DNA of 39,792 nucleotides from a virus (Duplodnaviria; Heunggongvirae; Uroviricota; Caudoviricetes): IMG/VR virus record IMGVR_UViG_2703718791_000008, positions 1 to 39,792 of that record; one strand, 5' to 3'. Shown piece by piece: positions 38,825 to 39,792 of this stretch (position 1 is its first letter; each line of letters starts with the position of its first letter). The notes under the pieces were generated by a model. It saw only the letters and a program-made list of their open reading frames with translations, ran no database searches and was not told where the DNA came from. The position numbers and the translations under genes were made by a program.

Positions 38825-38890
38825 ATATGCATACCAATAACGCTTCACTCGAGGCGTTTTCGTTATGCAATCAAATATAAGGAGTTACCC

Positions 38891-39025
38891 ATGATGCACT
38901 TTCAGCTCGCGGGTAGCGGCGTCATGTCCGCTTTCTACCCGCACGAATCTGAATTATCACGCCGAGTTAAACAATTAATCAGAGCAGCAAAGAAACAACT
39001 GGAGGCGTTATGCGCAATGAAATAG
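38891..39025 (+). CDS. cIII: CIII-like protein
   Basis: ATG at 38891 with GGAG SD; MMHFQLAGSGVMSAFYPHESELSRRVKQLIRAAKKQLEALCAMK resembles lambdoid cIII. Confidence 0.55.
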   Translation: MMHFQLAGSGVMSAFYPHESELSRRVKQLIRAAKKQLEALCAMK

Positions 39026-39162
39026 CCATCAATCACCAGATGCTCCGTGCAGCACAAAACAAAGCAGTAATAGCCAGATTTATTGGTGATTCAAAAATGT
39101 GGCTTGAAGCAAATAAAGCGATGAAATCGGCTATCAACCTTCCGTGGTATCGCAGGAAATGA
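39010..39162 (+). CDS. kil: Kil-like host-killing protein (50 aa)
   Basis: MRNEIAINHQMLRAAQNKAVIARFIGDSKMWLEANKAMK... shares the FIGDxKM core with lambda Kil; overlaps the cIII end as in lambda. Confidence 0.5.
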   Translation: MRNEIAINHQMLRAAQNKAVIARFIGDSKMWLEANKAMKSAINLPWYRRK

Positions 39163-39416
39163 GTTTTACAGATAACTGGTCAGACGAAGAATTCATTCGT
39201 CAGATGAAAGATTTAATCGGTAACGAAGGAGATATTCATGTCACTTGCAACCACAGTGAAGGAGAGCAAGTTACAGAGACGCATGTACACGCAGAAAGCT
39301 CTCTGGTATCGCCATAATGGCGACCGCGAAGGAATGCGGGTATGCCTTAATTTGTCCCGAGTCGAAGTATTAAATCAGCGTTATTTTCTTGGGCCATGTC
39401 CATTCTGAGGTGAATT

Positions 39417-39792
39417 ATGGATTTGAACAAATTCGATGAGCCATTCAGCCCTGAAGATATCGAATGGCGAATACAGCAAAGCGGTAAAACACGCGATGGA
39501 AAGGTGTGGGCTATGGTGCTGGCTTATGTCACGAACAGGGCAATCATGAAACGCCTGGATGATGTTTGCGGCAAAGCAGGATGGCGCAATGAATACCGCG
39601 ATATTCCCAACAACGGCGGCGTTGAATGCGGCATATCAATAAAGATTGATTCCGAATGGGTAACCAAATGGGATGCTGCTGAAAACACGCAGGTAGAAGC
39701 CGTCAAAGGTGGTTGTTCCGGTGCAATGACGCGCGCTGCCGTTCAGAGGGGAATCGGTCGGTATCTGTATAACCTTGCGGAAGGTTTCGCAC
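39417..39792 (+). CDS. Recombination single-strand-annealing-like protein, 5' part only (runs off the window)
   Basis: ATG at 39417 after GAGGTGA; MDLNKFDEPFSPEDIEWRIQQSGKTRDGKVWAMVLAYVTNRAIMKRLDD...; occupies the bet/erf position. Confidence 0.35.
   Translation, partial: MDLNKFDEPFSPEDIEWRIQQSGKTRDGKVWAMVLAYVTNRAIMKRLDDVCGKAGWRNEYRDIPNNGGVECGISIKIDSEWVTKWDAAENTQVEAVKGGCSGAMTRAAVQRGIGRYLYNLAEGFA

Overview
This window is the central-to-right part of a mosaic lambdoid prophage (enterobacterial type), shown in reverse orientation relative to the standard lambda map. All protein identities below come from reading the translations and comparing them with phage proteins from memory; no database search was run. 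The immunity region is lambda-type: cI, cro, cII, OR1-3, OL1-3/pL and oop RNA are near-identical to lambda. N is a different allele, and its nutL/nutR boxB hairpins are identical to each other but not lambda-like. Replication genes are an O-like initiator with internal iterons plus a DnaB-family helicase, followed by a nin region (ninB, a Dam-like methyltransferase, ninE, ninF, ninG, Ser/Thr phosphatase). Late control and lysis are phage-21/82-like: a Q-family antiterminator, an HNH endonuclease, two tRNA genes, then pinholin, SAR endolysin and Rz/Rz1. Upstream lie a non-lambda head module (terminase, portal, MuF-like, scaffold, capsid) and a contractile-tail module (sheath, tube, frameshifted chaperone, tape measure, baseplate, fibre). 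The main finding is that rexAB, immediately downstream of cI, is replaced by an AT-rich, translationally coupled two-gene operon of unknown function (192 aa and 309 aa), a candidate novel prophage defence or abortive-infection system. Other accessory cargo: an Mnt/Arc/antirepressor module inside the tail cluster, an acyltransferase-3 gene, a LexA-box-controlled UmuD'-like gene at the left edge, and unknown ORFs at the ral/sieB position and between the lysis and terminase genes.
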